A DNA stretch of 63,362 bases, counting the filler, from Asterionella formosa (lineage: Eukaryota), in assembly GCA_002256025.1 (NCBI GenBank). It is 25 parts of 25 records of this genome, joined end to end, with 100 filler letters (N's around TTAATTAATTAA, not from the genome) between each part and the next. Parts side by side here need not be neighbours in the genome. Positions count along the whole stretch, not along the records: positions 59,845 to 60,954 come from NKIB01004301.1; positions 61,055 to 62,158 come from NKIB01004302.1; positions 62,259 to 63,362 come from NKIB01004303.1; 22 more parts are not named here. One strand, 5' to 3'. Every line of letters starts with the position of its first letter. The stretch's first letter is position 1. Shown here piece by piece: positions 60,854-63,362 of the stretch. The notes under the pieces were generated by a model. That model made no database searches, was not told where the DNA came from, and saw only the letters and a list, made by a program, of their open reading frames with translations. The position numbers and the translations under genes were made by a program.

Positions 60854-61244
60854 TTGTTAGTACAAGTGCTGGTACGAGGAAGAACATGAAAACCAGAGGT
60901 CGACAGTTCGAGTCCATCAGCAAGAACAGAAAGAAAAAGAGAGAAGAGAAAAAGNNNNNNNNNNNNNNNNNNNNNNNNNNNNNNNNNNNNNNNNNNNNTT
61001 AATTAATTAANNNNNNNNNNNNNNNNNNNNNNNNNNNNNNNNNNNNNNNNNNNNAGTTCGCTTGATTCCTTCCGTTTAGAGTTGTGGAAGTTCTGTAATC
61101 AAAAAGGTGCAAATTGACACTTTGGTCGGGAAATCAAGCGAGTTGTTGCAACGTCATTTTAGTTGGAGTACGGAGTCCTCCGTACCAGGTAGCTATGTAA
61201 AACCAATGACACGTCGGCCACCTAAAATATAATAAACAGTAACT

Positions 61245-61460
61245 GGGAAAACCGCAGAACGTGCTTATATCCCACTTAACGGCAATAAATTTGGGATGTT
61301 AAATACTATTAACTAATTATACAGAACTGTATACATGGTTATAGCGCGTCGTGCATGGACTTGCACGCTTCCGTTGAGGCTTGGCTTGTGCTCGTGAGCC
61401 TTGATGCTTTAGTTAAAAGTGAACAAGAAAAATAAAGCATTTGGTGCTTAAGTTAAAACT
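61245..61460 (-). repeat. Dispersed repeat, related to 45460-45630
   Basis: Reverse-complement alignment by eye. Confidence 0.65.
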
Positions 61461-62822
61461 AAATTAAGTTTCCTGCGTAAGTTAAAAGTTTCTTCGTTGG
61501 GAAGGCCGGCGTGCATGCATTTTACCCGGCCGGCCCATCCAAAAGGACGTTAACATACAACGCCTTTCGTTGTTGCTGCGAATTTTGAAACGTGTATCAA
61601 GAACTCACTCTTCCATGTGCACATGCACGTTTTCCGTATTTACCTGGTACTCCATCACATTACATACATACTACAGTCGAATCAGTAGTAAGTAAATACT
61701 GCACCAGGTACTGTAAAGGAACATTATGTAATGATTGGTTTGCTTTGCTTACAGTGTTCACAAGTGCCGGTATTTAGACAGTTCTGCTGAATCTACAAAT
61801 ACCAGCATACTTACCAGTGGAATAATAAAGCCTACGGCATACGGTAGGCATAAATCTATTGATAGTAATTACGGATGTACTAAATTGGGCAATTGTGTGA
61901 AGAAAACCACAGGTTGGTTCTTTATAATTTATAAATGAATGAAAAGAAAACGAACGATTTTGAGTAAATTAATGAAAGCGCGGCATAAATGAATCAGACT
62001 TGTTTCAATCGCTCCACTCTCGCTCATCATAGTCAAGTTTCATCGATTACATACAGTATCTGTCGGTTTACAGATTTACCGGTGAATGTGTATCTATTAT
62101 CCTCACGTGCGATTGTTTATTTGCAAGCAATAAACAAACCCAAAACATAACGTAGTGTNNNNNNNNNNNNNNNNNNNNNNNNNNNNNNNNNNNNNNNNNN
62201 NNTTAATTAATTAANNNNNNNNNNNNNNNNNNNNNNNNNNNNNNNNNNNNNNNNNNNNTACAGTTTGAGTGGTGGGATGATGACACATGATAACAAATGT
62301 TTGATTCCTTCGTCGGAGACGAATGTAGCTGATGACAACGAGTTAGTTTTGTCAGGGTTCAACATCATCGCGCACATTTTCGCTAGCGGTATTCCATAGT
62401 ATCCTATTTCACCAATTCTGTACTTGTGGGGATTCGTCATTGAAAGAACCACATCAGGTTAAGGGTATAGTTTGACTTACATAGGTTGACTGCTGGAGGA
62501 GCTCATGATGGAAACAAAGTCTAGAGTTTGCTCGACTACCAGTAGATTGACAATGGGATGAAAAAAAATTGATTTGATGATCCTTCGTTCTACAGTATAC
62601 TACCAGTACCAGGTAACTGGTACCTGGTAACAAGCGAATACATAAAATCGAGAGATAACAGGACGAGTTCAGCCCTCGTGCCATTCCTGAACCCAAATGA
62701 ATGCACCAGTAGGTTAGGGCTAGGGGTAGGGGAGCGATGCACAGAGTCGTTCGTTCGACAATGACAAAAATTGAGTTTAGCTACCGGTACTTACTACCCG
62801 GTACCAGAACCAGGTACAGGTA

Positions 62823-63016
62823 CCAGGGAAGGTCCAGTAAAACACGTTTTTTACTTCGAAAAAAGAATAACAAAGCTAAATATCTCGATTATCGGACCGT
62901 CCACCGAGAGTAAGTACCTGGTACCGGTACAAGTTTAAGGGAAGGTCCTGTAATCGAGATAATTAGCTTTATCTATCGGCTCATAAGCAAAACCGTGTCC
63001 CACCGGACCTTCATGG
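62823..63016. mobile_element. ~200-bp fold-back/MITE-like element
   Basis: Ends CCAGGGAAGGTCC and GGACCTTCATGG. Internal inverted pair AAAGCTAAATATCTCGATTATCGGACC and GGTCCTGTAATCGAGATAATTAGCTTT. Confidence 0.55.
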
Positions 63017-63362
63017 TACTCAACCAGGTACATACCAGATACCTTATCCTTTTAATATGAGGATCACGAGCGAGCGACTGTTCCGATCGCAGCAACAAGA
63101 AAACGCTCAGCTTTTGGCATGGCTGTTTGTAAAGAAACCCCTGGTAAGCAAGAAAGAAAAAAAATAGAATTGATTACTAGACTACAGATCATGATGGCAA
63201 AAGGGTCCGGCAGACAGCAGCAAATCAATCCAACAACCATCATTCCATAGATACCAGCTAACATAACTTGATATATGCTATCATTACATCTCCATTAATC
63301 CACAATAAATGCACATACTACGATCATGACAATTCCATTCCACGCACTTTTGAAACTGACTT

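Noticed and set aside
62711..62733. Telomeric repeat or G-quadruplex (GGTTAGGGCTAGGGGTAGGGG)
   Set aside because: Only one exact TTAGGG, internal to the contig, too short to support a call.

Overview
This is not one locus. It is an artificial concatenation of about 25 unrelated contigs joined by ~100-bp linkers (N-run, TTAATTAATTAA, N-run): two long pieces (1-17793 and 40808-58540) and many ~1.1-kb contigs. Most of the sequence is eukaryotic and most consistent with a repeat-rich diatom or other stramenopile nuclear genome, based on short GT-AG introns, a diatom-type PGRL1, an LGDNPS-motif protein and diatom-type copia elements. One high-GC bacterial contig carries exbB-exbD. Host genes: a 2OG-Fe(II) oxygenase, a double HMG-box protein (one intron), a fatty acid desaturase, a SAM-methyltransferase-like protein, a trypsin-fold protein with Cys at the nucleophile position, a DusA-type enzyme, an alpha/beta-hydrolase-like protein and a tandem C2HC zinc-finger protein. 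Mobile DNA is abundant: several Ty1/copia fragments and an LTR with PBS, a complete pogo/Tc2-like element with a convergent accessory ORF plus its deletion derivative, other MITEs, a four-copy zinc-finger repeat family, and a tRNA-Ala-derived SINE-like family. Best leads: (1) copy-specific short insertions that create palindromes, which plausibly built the GGTACC/CCWGG/ACCGGT tracts found upstream of every complete host gene; (2) the two-gene pogo element with a Cys/His-rich, HIRAN-like accessory protein; (3) the tRNA-Ala SINE. All calls are from reading the sequence; no database searches were run.
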